From Pseudomonadales bacterium (lineage in GTDB: Bacteria > Pseudomonadota > Gammaproteobacteria > Pseudomonadales > IMCC2047): a DNA stretch of 64,000 nt. The position numbers and the translations under genes are program-made. This document shows, piece by piece, positions 18,090 through 25,925 of this stretch; position 1 is the first letter of the stretch; every line of letters begins with the position of its first letter. The stretch covers positions 1,030,334-1,094,333 of the forward strand of contig JACKNY010000001.1 of NCBI GenBank assembly GCA_024234615.1, written 5' to 3'. Under the pieces are notes generated by a model, which did not search any database, was not told the origin of the DNA, and saw only the letters and a program-made list of their open reading frames with translations.

Positions 18090-18249
18090 CCCTTACCTTA
18101 TTGCGAAGTGAACCCCATTGCTCGCGCAGCCCGAACGATGATGTTTAGGTTACGTCGTTGTGGATCCTGTGGTCAGGTTTTCCGTTCTGAATGATCGCTT
18201 TAACTATATTTAATCCGCAAGGTGTCCGCTATTATTGGCTGAGACTCCG

Positions 18250-18965
18250 CTCTGCGCCATCGTCACTGCCGAGCGCAGCGGGGTAGTGACGATGGCCCCG
18301 TGCCAGAAACCACGACAGGTGCCGCTCGAATTTCCTAGTTACGGATAAGTTTTCTGTTCTTATACTTGGTGCTATCTATCGAATCTATCCGCACGCCACA
18401 GCGGAAATGTGGCAAGGGGCTCCCGCCCTTGCTTTGGCGAAACGGGAACGGCGTTATAGGGCATCATTGATGCATCAGCCGAAAGGCTGATTGCCCATAT
18501 TTCTCATCACCGTTTTAACGGTTTCTTTAACTCAGCGGGCCGTTGGTTCCGCATTATTTAAGAGGAGGTGATTACTTCACCATGACAGTGGACTCTTTAA
18601 TGAGTCAATTGGTTTGCATCCTACCGGCTCCAACAGGAGCACGGGGATGTCGCCTGAAATCAGGCATATTCAGATTGCAACGGGAGTCGTGTCCCGAGGC
18701 CATTCCGCGAAAGCGGGTCAGTAGGCTACGAGCCTGCGATTGGTCATAAACACTCACCAGAAAGCAACCACACGAGAAGATCTGAATCACCAATTGAAGC
18801 CGCTGTGCAGTAGTATCCACAGCGACAGTTACGACAGTCAAGCCAACCGGCTATCGCTACTGTATCCGCTTATTGATCCTGTAGGGAACGAACAATCAAA
18901 GCATGGATTTACTTTCGCCTGTTTTGTTGGGTAGCAAAAGTCATTCGAAACCGCTTCGGTCTGTG
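18250..18965 (+). ncRNA. Candidate structured non-coding RNA / long structured leader upstream of alpA (family not identified)
   Basis: No ORF of 80 aa or more occurs across about 1.15 kb (17843-19037), and the stretch is GC-rich relative to the cargo. Several perfect hairpins are present. 18256-18267/18285-18296 is a 12-bp stem. 18395-18413 pairs GCCACA with TGTGGC. 18412-18432 is a 7-bp stem. 18474-18491 pairs ATCAGCC with GGCTGAT around a GAAA loop. 18509-18522, 18652-18665 and 18681-18696 are further hairpins. 18705-18716 is CCGC-GAAA-GCGG, and 18950-18960 is another. The GAAA loops read as GNRA only on the + strand. Confidence 0.3.
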
Positions 18966-19037
18966 TAGGCTTTTGCCGTTGTTTTCTCCTTGTTATTGCC
19001 TAGCATAGAGACGCTAGACAAAAGCAAGGAGACGTAT

Positions 19038-19220
19038 ATGAGTTTCAGAATCTTAAGGTTAAAAGAGGTCCAGCAGGTGACAGGATTATCCCGTTCAACT
19101 ATTTATGCCGAAATCGCCAAAGGTAAATTTCCCAAGCAGGTGAAACTCACCGGTGCTCGCTCTGTCGGTTGGCCTGAAAGTGTTATTGTGCAGTGGGTTG
19201 AATCCCGGCGGCAGGTGTAA
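19038..19220 (+). CDS. alpA: AlpA-family (MerR-like HTH) prophage/island regulator-excisionase
   Basis: 60 aa: MSFRILRLKEVQQVTGLSRSTIYAEIAKGKFPKQVKLTGARSVGWPESVIVQWVESR, the canonical AlpA pattern. The ATG at 19038 is preceded by AAGGAG. Confidence 0.85.
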   Translation: MSFRILRLKEVQQVTGLSRSTIYAEIAKGKFPKQVKLTGARSVGWPESVIVQWVESRRQV

Positions 19221-19251
19221 GCACCTCCAACATTTGGCCTTTCGACCGGTT

Positions 19252-19539
19252 TTACTTTAATGCCTCCTCAATATCTTCACGGCTTATTATTCGCACAATT
19301 TCAGCACAAGCTTGGCTCTGTCGGTAATAGATCGAGTGCACGCCGTACACACTACGGCGGCATCCCTCCAAATATTGGTCAGCGAGGGGATACATAAAAG
19401 GGCTATTCCCTATTGCCTCGAATCGCTGCTCCATGCCTTCGGCGTAACATTCCGCTTGCTCATAGCCAAAGTTCTCTATTCCATATTGATAAAGTCTCGC
19501 ATAATCAGCTGCTGCTTTATTGGTCAGTTTATAGGTCAT
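19252..19539 (-). CDS. parE: ParE/RelE-family type II toxin
   Basis: 95 aa: MTYKLTNKAAADYARLYQYGIENFGYEQAECYAEGMEQRFEAI...IVRIISRE. The pattern is typical of ParE. It overlaps the upstream antitoxin gene by 4 nt. Confidence 0.85.
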   Translation of the reverse strand: MTYKLTNKAAADYARLYQYGIENFGYEQAECYAEGMEQRFEAIGNSPFMYPLADQYLEGCRRSVYGVHSIYYRQSQACAEIVRIISREDIEEALK

Positions 19540-19784
19540 TCACCTGTCCGCTTTCCGTCCCTGATATCCTGCCTGATCTGAGCAGGGGTTAACTCCGACA
19601 AACCGCTTTTGATACCTTCCTGCAGCAGGGCCCGGATCGCTTCTGCTTCCGAACTTTCTCTTCTCCTCGCTTGCCGTATCAAGTCGTTTACAACTTCGCT
19701 ATTGCTACCGTACTCCTTACTTTCTATCTGCGCTTTTAGCCAATCAGCATTGGGCTCGGTAATTGTGATGCTTTGTCTTGGCAT
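19536..19784 (-). CDS. parD: ParD-family (ribbon-helix-helix) type II antitoxin
   Basis: 82 aa: MPRQSITITEPNADWLKAQIESKEYGSNSEVVNDLIRQARRRE...ALLQEGIKSG. This is ParD/COG3609-like and is translationally coupled to parE. Confidence 0.85.
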   Translation of the reverse strand: MPRQSITITEPNADWLKAQIESKEYGSNSEVVNDLIRQARRRESSEAEAIRALLQEGIKSGLSELTPAQIRQDIRDGKRTGE

Positions 19785-19909
19785 GATATGACTCCAGTTA
19801 GTTGGTGTATAAATGTATCAATATTACACCATTTATGCACCATAAAAGCCACAATCGTTTTATCCCTTCATAATCAAAGAAAGCTCGATACAAACAAAGC
19901 ATGCAGCAA

Positions 19910-21139
19910 TCAAAGGTTATTAACCCTGGAAAAAAGCGGCACCACCTTATTGGTAACCCGCATTTCATCTAGATAATCGGCCCACCATTGCATCATCTTG
20001 TATCGTTCTTCCAGGTAACGAGCGTGGTGGGTATAGGCAGCTCTTACGCCGTTCCGCTCCTGGTGGGCCAGTTGGCGCTCGATAGCGTCCGGGTTAAAGC
20101 CAGATTCGTTCAGTATCGAAGAGGCGGTGGCTCTAAAGCCGTGGGGAACAGCTTTACTCTTGCCAGGATGTTTGCCGTCGTAGCCAAGCTTAAATATGGC
20201 CTGACGCATGGTGTTGTCGGACATGGGTTGGTCGCGGTAGCGCTCGGATGGAAAAATCAGTTCGTATTTACCGGTCATGCCCTGCAGTAGTTCGAGTAGA
20301 TCCAACGCCTGAGGGGCGAGGGGAACTAGGTGTTCGGTACTCATCTTCATACGGGCGGCGGGGATTCGCCATACTTTGTTTTCGAAGTCGAACTCGACCC
20401 AGCGTGCGCCGCGCAGCTCGCCGGAACGGACAAAGGTAAGCAATAGGAGTTTGATTGCTCGTTTCGTCAGCAAGCGGCCACCGTAGGTTTCCAGCTCCCT
20501 AAGAAATTGAGGAAGTTCCTCCCTGGGTAGGGAAGGGTGATGTTGCACTTTCCTTTGTCTAACAATGCCGTCCAGATCGCTAGCTGGGTTACGGGTGGCG
20601 ATGCCCGTTTGTATCCCAAATCGGCAAATAGCTTTAATGGCCTGCTTGACGCGATTAGCAACGTCGAGAGCATCTCGGGCTTCAATTTTTCGAATGGTTG
20701 CTATTACCTGCATGGGAGTAATTTCATCGATGGTCAGATATCCCAGATCAGCAAAGGCGTTGTCTTCAAGACGCTTGAGTACTCGGGCCGCGTGGGTAGG
20801 CGTCCAGGTAGCGCGGTAATGATCCCACCATTGGCGGGCGACTGCCTCAAAGTGGTACATTTTCTGCGCGCGCTTTTCCTCTTTGCGCACGGCGCTGGGG
20901 TCTTGATCGTTACTGATTTGAATTTTTGCTGAGCGAAGTTTTTCCCGTGCGTCCTTGAGGCTGACCTGGGGATAGATGCCCAGGGCGATGGTTTTGCGTT
21001 TGCCGCGAAAGCGGTAATCCATACGCCAGTACTTGTTGCCGTTCTTTTTGACCAGCAAATACATACCGCCGCCATCATACAATTTGTAATCTTTGTCGCG
21101 GGGTTTTGCATCCTTGATGTGGATATTCACCAGAGCCAT
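19910..21139 (-). CDS. int: P4-type tyrosine integrase (DUF4102 N-terminal arm-binding domain + phage integrase catalytic domain)
   Basis: 409 aa. The N terminus reads IKDAKPRDKDYKLYDGGGMYLLVKKNGNKYWRMDYRFRGKRKTIALGIYPQVSLKDAR. The C terminus has ...RSGELRGARW..., HGFRATASSIL and ...LAH...AYTH. It lies adjacent to, and co-oriented with, tRNA-Leu. Confidence 0.95.
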   Translation of the reverse strand: MALVNIHIKDAKPRDKDYKLYDGGGMYLLVKKNGNKYWRMDYRFRGKRKTIALGIYPQVSLKDAREKLRSAKIQISNDQDPSAVRKEEKRAQKMYHFEAVARQWWDHYRATWTPTHAARVLKRLEDNAFADLGYLTIDEITPMQVIATIRKIEARDALDVANRVKQAIKAICRFGIQTGIATRNPASDLDGIVRQRKVQHHPSLPREELPQFLRELETYGGRLLTKRAIKLLLLTFVRSGELRGARWVEFDFENKVWRIPAARMKMSTEHLVPLAPQALDLLELLQGMTGKYELIFPSERYRDQPMSDNTMRQAIFKLGYDGKHPGKSKAVPHGFRATASSILNESGFNPDAIERQLAHQERNGVRAAYTHHARYLEERYKMMQWWADYLDEMRVTNKVVPLFSRVNNL

Positions 21140-21338
21140 GTGACGTCACCTTTCCTTGAATTCCGTTGACGGTATATTCCTTAATTGAAACGAAATCACG
21201 TGTAAAGTACCGACAAATGGTTCGGCTGTCAATAAACGCTGTTGAACGTAATAGAAAGATAGGGTTGTCGTAACTTATTGTTTTTGTTTGTTTAATGCAG
21301 CTTATTGGACTTCTTCGGATTTTACCGGAAGATGTCAA

Positions 21339-21425
21339 TGGTGCCCGGGGCCGGAATCGAACCGGCACGATGTTGCCATCGAGGGATTTTAAGTCCCTTG
21401 CGTCTACCAATTTCGCCACCCGGGC
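21339..21425 (-). tRNA. leuZ: tRNA-Leu (anticodon TAA), integration target of the island
   Basis: The reverse complement is GCCCGGGTGGCGAAATTGGTAGACGCAAGGGACTTAAAATCCCTCGATGGCAACATCGTGCCGGTTCGATTCCGGCCCCGGGCACCA. It has a long variable arm, anticodon loop CTTAAAA and an encoded CCA. Confidence 0.9.
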
Positions 21426-21459
21426 TGGGTGGGTAGGCTAAGCTAGCCTTTTTTAAAGC

Positions 21460-21533
21460 TGGAGGCGCGGGTCGGAATCGAACCGGCGTAGGCTGAGTTG
21501 CAGTCAGCTGCATAACCACTTTGCTACCGCGCC
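21460..21533 (-). tRNA. cysT: tRNA-Cys (anticodon GCA)
   Basis: The reverse complement is GGCGCGGTAGCAAAGTGGTTATGCAGCTGACTGCAACTCAGCCTACGCCGGTTCGATTCCGACCCGCGCCTCCA. It forms a cloverleaf with a GCA anticodon. Confidence 0.9.
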
Positions 21534-21550
21534 ATCTTGATCGTCAAACT

Positions 21551-21577
21551 AAAAAGCCTCGGTGATCAACCGAGGCT
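21551..21577 (-). terminator. Hairpin + T-run between tRNA-Gly and tRNA-Cys (candidate intrinsic terminator or processing hairpin)
   Basis: AGCCTCGG-tgatcaa-CCGAGGCT is an 8-bp perfect stem. On the minus strand it is followed by TTTT(T). Confidence 0.45.
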
Positions 21578-21582
21578 GAATT

Positions 21583-21658
<76 letters not shown>

Positions 21659-21763
21659 TTAAAACAAGGTGAGCTATTGTAGCCATATGCTATTTCGTGT
21701 CAAGACGCTTTTTGGTTCTAGGTGATTTAGCGGTGATCTTTCTTTCACGTTTTGTTAGCAATA

Positions 21764-22528
21764 CTAGCCATTCAATAAAAAATTAAGGGCGATACGGTTA
21801 AATATAGCTGGCTTCTCGGCATGTAGCCAGTGTCCTGTGCCGGCGATTATTTTGACGCTAGCGTTGGGAAATAACGTCAAGACGGTTTCTTTATGTTTGG
21901 CTTGAATATAAGCAGATTCACTGCCTTTGATAAAGAGGGTAGGGCCATGGAAGGGATTGCCGGAGGGCGCTAGAATGATATTTTCGTAGTTAGCAGCAAT
22001 GTCTTTGAGGTTAAATTTTAATTGGTAATTGCCGCTACTATTTTTTGTCAGGCTCTTTAGCAGGAATGCACGTACTTCTGGTTCCAACACATGTTTTGCC
22101 AAGAGTTGATCAGCCTCGCGGCGTGACTCTGGTTGGGCTTGTTTTACTTCGGTAAGTCCTTTGAGTACAGGATCATGTCTGCGTGAGTAGGTGACGGGGG
22201 CGATATCGGCCACAATTAGTTTATTGACACGCTCGGCGTGGTTCAGTGCTAACTGCATGGCGGCCTTACCACCCATAGAGTGACCCAGCAGATGCGCCTG
22301 CTTAATCTGCTGAGCGTTCATGAAACCAATGACATCGTCGGCCATATCACTAAAAGCCATGTCTGAATGATGCGGTGAGTCGCCGTGATTGCGCATATCC
22401 AAAAGGTATACGGAAAAGTGTCCTGCCAGGGCTTTGCTGACTTGGCTCAGGTTACGCAGCGACCCAAACAGGCCATGCAGTAATATGACCGGTTCGCCTT
22501 GGCCTTGATGGATAAAATTCAGTTTCAT
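21764..22528 (-). CDS. Alpha/beta-hydrolase, YbfF-like esterase
   Basis: 254 aa with PVILLHGLFGS, DMRNHGDSPH and the nucleophile elbow GHSMGG. Confidence 0.75.
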   Translation of the reverse strand: MKLNFIHQGQGEPVILLHGLFGSLRNLSQVSKALAGHFSVYLLDMRNHGDSPHHSDMAFSDMADDVIGFMNAQQIKQAHLLGHSMGGKAAMQLALNHAERVNKLIVADIAPVTYSRRHDPVLKGLTEVKQAQPESRREADQLLAKHVLEPEVRAFLLKSLTKNSSGNYQLKFNLKDIAANYENIILAPSGNPFHGPTLFIKGSESAYIQAKHKETVLTLFPNASVKIIAGTGHWLHAEKPAIFNRIALNFLLNG

Positions 22529-22630
22529 CTTGGTTGTTGCTATGATCCGTTTTCGTGATTGAAATCAACAGAAATCCTAAACGTGGGGCGTCGGTTGGTG
22601 ATTATAAAGCAATTGAGACGGATCTAGCCG

Positions 22631-23389
22631 ATGGACCCCATATTTTATTACCCATTATTGGTATTCACCGGACTGATTGCAGGGTTCGTTAATACCATCG
22701 CAGGTGGCGGTTCCAGTTTAACCATTCCTGCGCTGATGATTTTAGGCATGCCCGCTGATATCGCCAATGCCACTAACCGGGTTGGTGTACTGATGCACTC
22801 CATTGTGTCGACCATAGGGTTTCGGCGCGCGCAGATTGAGATTAACTCTGCGGATGCATTTGCTATTGTAGGCATCACCATTGTTGGTGGTATTGCCGGT
22901 GCAGTCATCGCCTCTTACCTACCAAACTTCTATCTAAAACCGATTTTGCTCGGTGTGATGGTGACGATGGCTTTGATTATTTTGCTAAAGCCGTCTGTCA
23001 TTGTGCCACCACCGGGTACGCCGATTGTTCGTATCAGGGAAAAGCCTGGCGCCTGGGGCGGTCTGTTTATTGCGGGCCTCTATGGTGGGTTTGTGCATGC
23101 GGGGGTGGGCTTTCTGTTGATTGGTGCGATTGCAGGGACCTTGCGTTATGACTTGGTGCGCACCAATGCGTTTAAGATGCTCTGTGTTCTCGCTTTCACC
23201 TTCGCCGCCTTGCTGATTTTTATTGCGCGCGGACAGGTGAGCTGGCTGCCCGGATTGATTCTAGCGTTGGGGATGATGGTGGGTGGTCACTATAGCGTTA
23301 AGTTTGCGGTAAATGTCAGCCAGCAGGTTTTAAAGTGGTTGTTATTTACAATGACTTTGGTGGTGAGTGGCATTGCTTTGTTGAGTTAG
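22631..23389 (+). CDS. TauE/SafE (DUF81) family anion exporter membrane protein
   Basis: 252 aa with about 7-8 TM segments. The N terminus has GFVNTIAGGGSSLTIPALMILG, repeated in the second half (GGFVHAGVGFLLIGA), as is typical of DUF81. Confidence 0.8.
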   Translation: MDPIFYYPLLVFTGLIAGFVNTIAGGGSSLTIPALMILGMPADIANATNRVGVLMHSIVSTIGFRRAQIEINSADAFAIVGITIVGGIAGAVIASYLPNFYLKPILLGVMVTMALIILLKPSVIVPPPGTPIVRIREKPGAWGGLFIAGLYGGFVHAGVGFLLIGAIAGTLRYDLVRTNAFKMLCVLAFTFAALLIFIARGQVSWLPGLILALGMMVGGHYSVKFAVNVSQQVLKWLLFTMTLVVSGIALLS

Positions 23390-23415
23390 GTGTTTTTCTC
23401 TGTTCTCAATCGTTA

Positions 23416-23510
23416 GCTCTCACCCTGGCCGTTTCCCGCAGAGGCTGTCGCGAAAGTCTGATCACTGTTCCCTCTCCCCTTTTTTTAGGGGAGGGGGCTA
23501 GGGTGAGGGG
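23416..23510. repeat. REP-like G/C-tract palindromic element in a convergent intergenic region
   Basis: CCCTCTCCCCT-ttttttt-AGGGGAGGGGG at 23470-23497 is a near-perfect hairpin. It is nested inside CTCACCCT (about 23418) pairing with AGGGTGAG (about 23502). A further CCTCTC...GAGAGG hairpin lies at about 23566-23584. The overlapping track ORF (PSPLFLGEGARVRG) is the usual translation artefact of such elements. Confidence 0.5.
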
Positions 23511-23646
23511 TAAAATAAAAACCAAACACATCAACATATTACAAGCTTTTCCCTCATCTCAATCCTCTCCCATAAAGAGAGGAAGAGTTTCTTTCTTGCC
23601 TTTCGCGACATCCCCCACAGGAAAGGGGGGTAGTCCTGCTGTTCGG

Positions 23647-24924
23647 CTAGGAAATTATTGTTAGCTTTTGATTGACTGAAGCAAGCTTCACGCAGTTTAC
23701 GAAGACCTGCATCGTAGCATCAATATCTTCAACACTGGGAAAAGATGGTGAGAGTCGGATATTCCGATCCTGCGGATCTTTACCGTAGGGGAAGGTAGCA
23801 CCGGCCGGAGTCAATTTGACGCCGACTTCATCGGCTAGACGGACAATTTCTTTCGCAAGCCCTGGGAGAGAATCAAAAGAGACGAAATAGCCGCCTTCGG
23901 GAGCTTGCCATTCACCTAGGTCATTATCGGAAAAATTAGCCTGTAAGTGATTCAATACGGTATCAAACCGTGGCTTGAGTATTGCTGCATGCTGTTGCAT
24001 ATGGGCGCTCAAGGCGTTGATGTCTGGAAGCAATCGCATGTGGCGTAGTTGATTGACTTTATCCGGGCCGATGGAGGAGATACCCAGGTGTTTTTTAAAG
24101 GCGGAGAGATTACTCTTTGATGCGCCCAGGAACGCGACACCGGAGCCAGCATGGGTGATCTTTGAGGTTGAGGCAAACTGGATGACGCTGTCTTCGGTAC
24201 CCTCAGCTATACAGGCCGCCATAATATTTGCTAGTGGTTTTGGGTTATCAACGAGGTCATGGACTGCGTAGGCGTTATCCCAGAACACGCGGAAATTTTT
24301 AGCGGCGATCAAGCCGAGTTTGGCAATCCGCTTTACGGTTTCATCGCTATAGATGATCCCGGTTGGATTGGAGTACTTGGGAACGCACCAGATTCCTTTG
24401 ATGCTTTGATCTGCTTTGATTAAGGATTCGACTTGATCCATATCCGGGCCGGTTTCAGTCATGGAGACCGGAATCATTTCAATAGCGAAATCTTCGCATA
24501 TAGAAAAATGGCGGTCATAGCCAGGGGCAGGGCAAAGAAACTTTACGCTGCTTTCATTTTTCCAAGCAGTGCCGTTTAGACCGAAGAAATAGGCGAAGCT
24601 AACGGTCTGGTGCATCATGGTCAGGCTGCTGCTGCCGCCTGCGAGGACTTGGTCTTGCTCCAAGCCAAGAATTGCAGCGCCCAATTGACGCGCTTCAGCG
24701 ATGCCGTCCAGGCCACCATAGTTGCGGGTGTCGGTACCATCAGCAGATTTGTAATTGCCATTAAGAATACCATCTAACCCATCTGACAGATTAAGCTGTT
24801 GCGCAGAGGGTTTGCCTCTGGTCAGATCAAGTTTTAGGTTTTGGTTTTTAAAGCTCTGGTGCTTCGCCTTGAGCTCCTCTTGCCATTGGCTGAGTTGTTC
24901 TTTGCTGGCGTTATTGAGTTGCAA
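23647..24924 (-). CDS. PLP-dependent aminotransferase (class I/II fold)
   Basis: 425 aa with ...WDNAYAVHDL... and ...FASTSKITHAGSGVAFL (candidate PLP lysine in SxSK). The size and pattern fit the aspartate/alanine aminotransferase-like family. Confidence 0.75.
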   Translation of the reverse strand: MQLNNASKEQLSQWQEELKAKHQSFKNQNLKLDLTRGKPSAQQLNLSDGLDGILNGNYKSADGTDTRNYGGLDGIAEARQLGAAILGLEQDQVLAGGSSSLTMMHQTVSFAYFFGLNGTAWKNESSVKFLCPAPGYDRHFSICEDFAIEMIPVSMTETGPDMDQVESLIKADQSIKGIWCVPKYSNPTGIIYSDETVKRIAKLGLIAAKNFRVFWDNAYAVHDLVDNPKPLANIMAACIAEGTEDSVIQFASTSKITHAGSGVAFLGASKSNLSAFKKHLGISSIGPDKVNQLRHMRLLPDINALSAHMQQHAAILKPRFDTVLNHLQANFSDNDLGEWQAPEGGYFVSFDSLPGLAKEIVRLADEVGVKLTPAGATFPYGKDPQDRNIRLSPSFPSVEDIDATMQVFVNCVKLASVNQKLTIIS

Positions 24925-25218
24925 GATGAAAGTCCTCTAAACAAAAGTGAATAAATTTGATGCTGTGCCTGCTGGTCGTGGGCGCTGTATTATAGCGGTT
25001 CTCCAGGATAGGCTAAAGATCGGGGGTAGCTATTTCAGGCAACATAAATTTGGACAACGTAAGCCCATGCCAAGATTTAGCTACTAATTTGACGCAACAA
25101 ATGCCATAGGAAATCACAGCGAAGAGCCTCAATGATTTCCTGCTGACCAACCCAATTGCAGCTAGTACACAAGTGGCTACTCAGGTGCCTCCTGTGATAG
25201 CGGCGAGTTACCTGGTAG

Positions 25219-25698
25219 TTAGTGGGCGTGGCTACCCTCGTGGGTGTGGCCATGCGAAAGCTCTTCTGCGGTTGCTTCACGCACTTGCTCAACCGTAACA
25301 TCGAAATGCAATGTTTGGCCCGCCAGAGGATGATTGCCATCCACTGTGACGGTTTCATCGCTGATTTCCGTCACTATGACGTGCATCGGCCCCTGGTCGG
25401 ACTGAGCCTGAAACTGCATGCCGGGTTTTATTTCATCCACTCCATCAAATGCGGAACGAGGAACGCTCTGCACCAATTGCGCTTGATGTTCGCCGTAGCC
25501 TTCAGCGGGTTCGACCACCACATTCAGTTGGTCACCGACTTTCTTGCCTACGAGCTTTTTTTCCAGACCGGGAATGATGTTTGATGCTCCATGCAAATAG
25601 TGCAAAGGTTCTTGTCCTTCGGAAGAATCCAGCACATCACCATCTTTATCGGTCAGAGTATAGTGGATACTGACGACGCAGTTTTCGCTAATTACCAT
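25219..25698 (-). CDS. slyD: FKBP-type peptidyl-prolyl isomerase / metallochaperone SlyD
   Basis: It reads MVISENCVVSIHYTLTDKDGDVLDSS...HYLHG....IPGLE..L.GK, with an IF-domain insert and a His-rich tail HGHTHEGSHAH. The preferred ATG is at 25698. Confidence 0.9.
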   Translation of the reverse strand: MVISENCVVSIHYTLTDKDGDVLDSSEGQEPLHYLHGASNIIPGLEKKLVGKKVGDQLNVVVEPAEGYGEHQAQLVQSVPRSAFDGVDEIKPGMQFQAQSDQGPMHVIVTEISDETVTVDGNHPLAGQTLHFDVTVEQVREATAEELSHGHTHEGSHAH

Positions 25699-25715
25699 AG
25701 TATTTTCCAACAAAT

Positions 25716-25925
25716 TTAAATTGCCTCAATGTTCTCCGCTTGAGGACCTTTTTTCCCTTCACCGATGGTGAATGAAACCCTTTGACCTTCCTGTAAAGAA
25801 CGGAATCCTTCTCCCACTACGTTGGTGTAATGAGCGAATACATCTGGGCCATCATCGCGTTGAATAAATCCAAAACCTTTGGAGTCGTTAAACCACTTTA
25901 CGGTGCCGGTTTGCTTCTCTGACAT
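25716..25925 (-). CDS. Cold-shock protein (CspA family)
   Basis: 69 aa: GTVKWFNDSKGFGFIQRDDGPDVFAHYT. RNP1 (KGFGFI) and RNP2 (VFAHY) are present. Confidence 0.95.
   Translation of the reverse strand: MSEKQTGTVKWFNDSKGFGFIQRDDGPDVFAHYTNVVGEGFRSLQEGQRVSFTIGEGKKGPQAENIEAI

Larger units (their letters stand above)
13595..21361. mobile_element. tRNA-Leu(TAA)-associated integrative genomic island (about 7.7 kb; P4-type integrase, AlpA, ParDE, 4-gene cargo)
   Basis: The integrase gene lies 200 nt from the 3' end of tRNA-Leu. An imperfect direct repeat of the tRNA 3' end lies 7.7 kb away. The cargo genes are visibly AT-richer than the flanking core. Core-type genes resume on both sides (sugE; the tRNA operon and ybfF-like gene). 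Confidence 0.65.

Noticed and set aside
18543-18749. A small + strand ORF in the island non-coding block. It encodes 55 aa from the ATG at 18582 (MTVDSLMSQLVCILPAPTGARGCRLKSGIFRLQRESCPEAIPRKRVSRLRACDWS) and is preceded by AAGAGGAGGTGA.
   Set aside because: The Shine-Dalgarno to ATG spacing is long (about 13 nt). The peptide is Arg/Cys-rich like an off-frame read of GC-rich structured DNA, and it spans several of the perfect hairpins. I keep it as a possibility only; ribosome profiling or conservation of the reading frame would settle it.
18605-18934. Track ORFs 18605-18841 (-) and 18740-18934 (+) in the same block.
   Set aside because: They are short, have no ribosome-binding site, show odd composition and overlap each other. 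They are most likely non-coding.
17843-19037. A retron msr/msd, a type III toxin-antitoxin repeat array, or a CRISPR array in the island non-coding block.
   Set aside because: No reverse transcriptase, endoribonuclease toxin or cas gene is present in the island. There are no regularly spaced direct repeats apart from one tandem octamer.
21075-21519. Track ORFs 21075-21419 (-) and 21322-21519 (-).
   Set aside because: They run through the tRNA-Leu and tRNA-Cys genes and the int-tRNA spacer. They are translation artefacts of tRNA sequence.
23335-23664. A 109-aa + strand ORF containing PSPLFLGEGARVRG.
   Set aside because: It is the typical pseudo-peptide produced by translating the G/C-tract palindromic (REP-like) element. 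It overlaps the ends of two real convergent genes.
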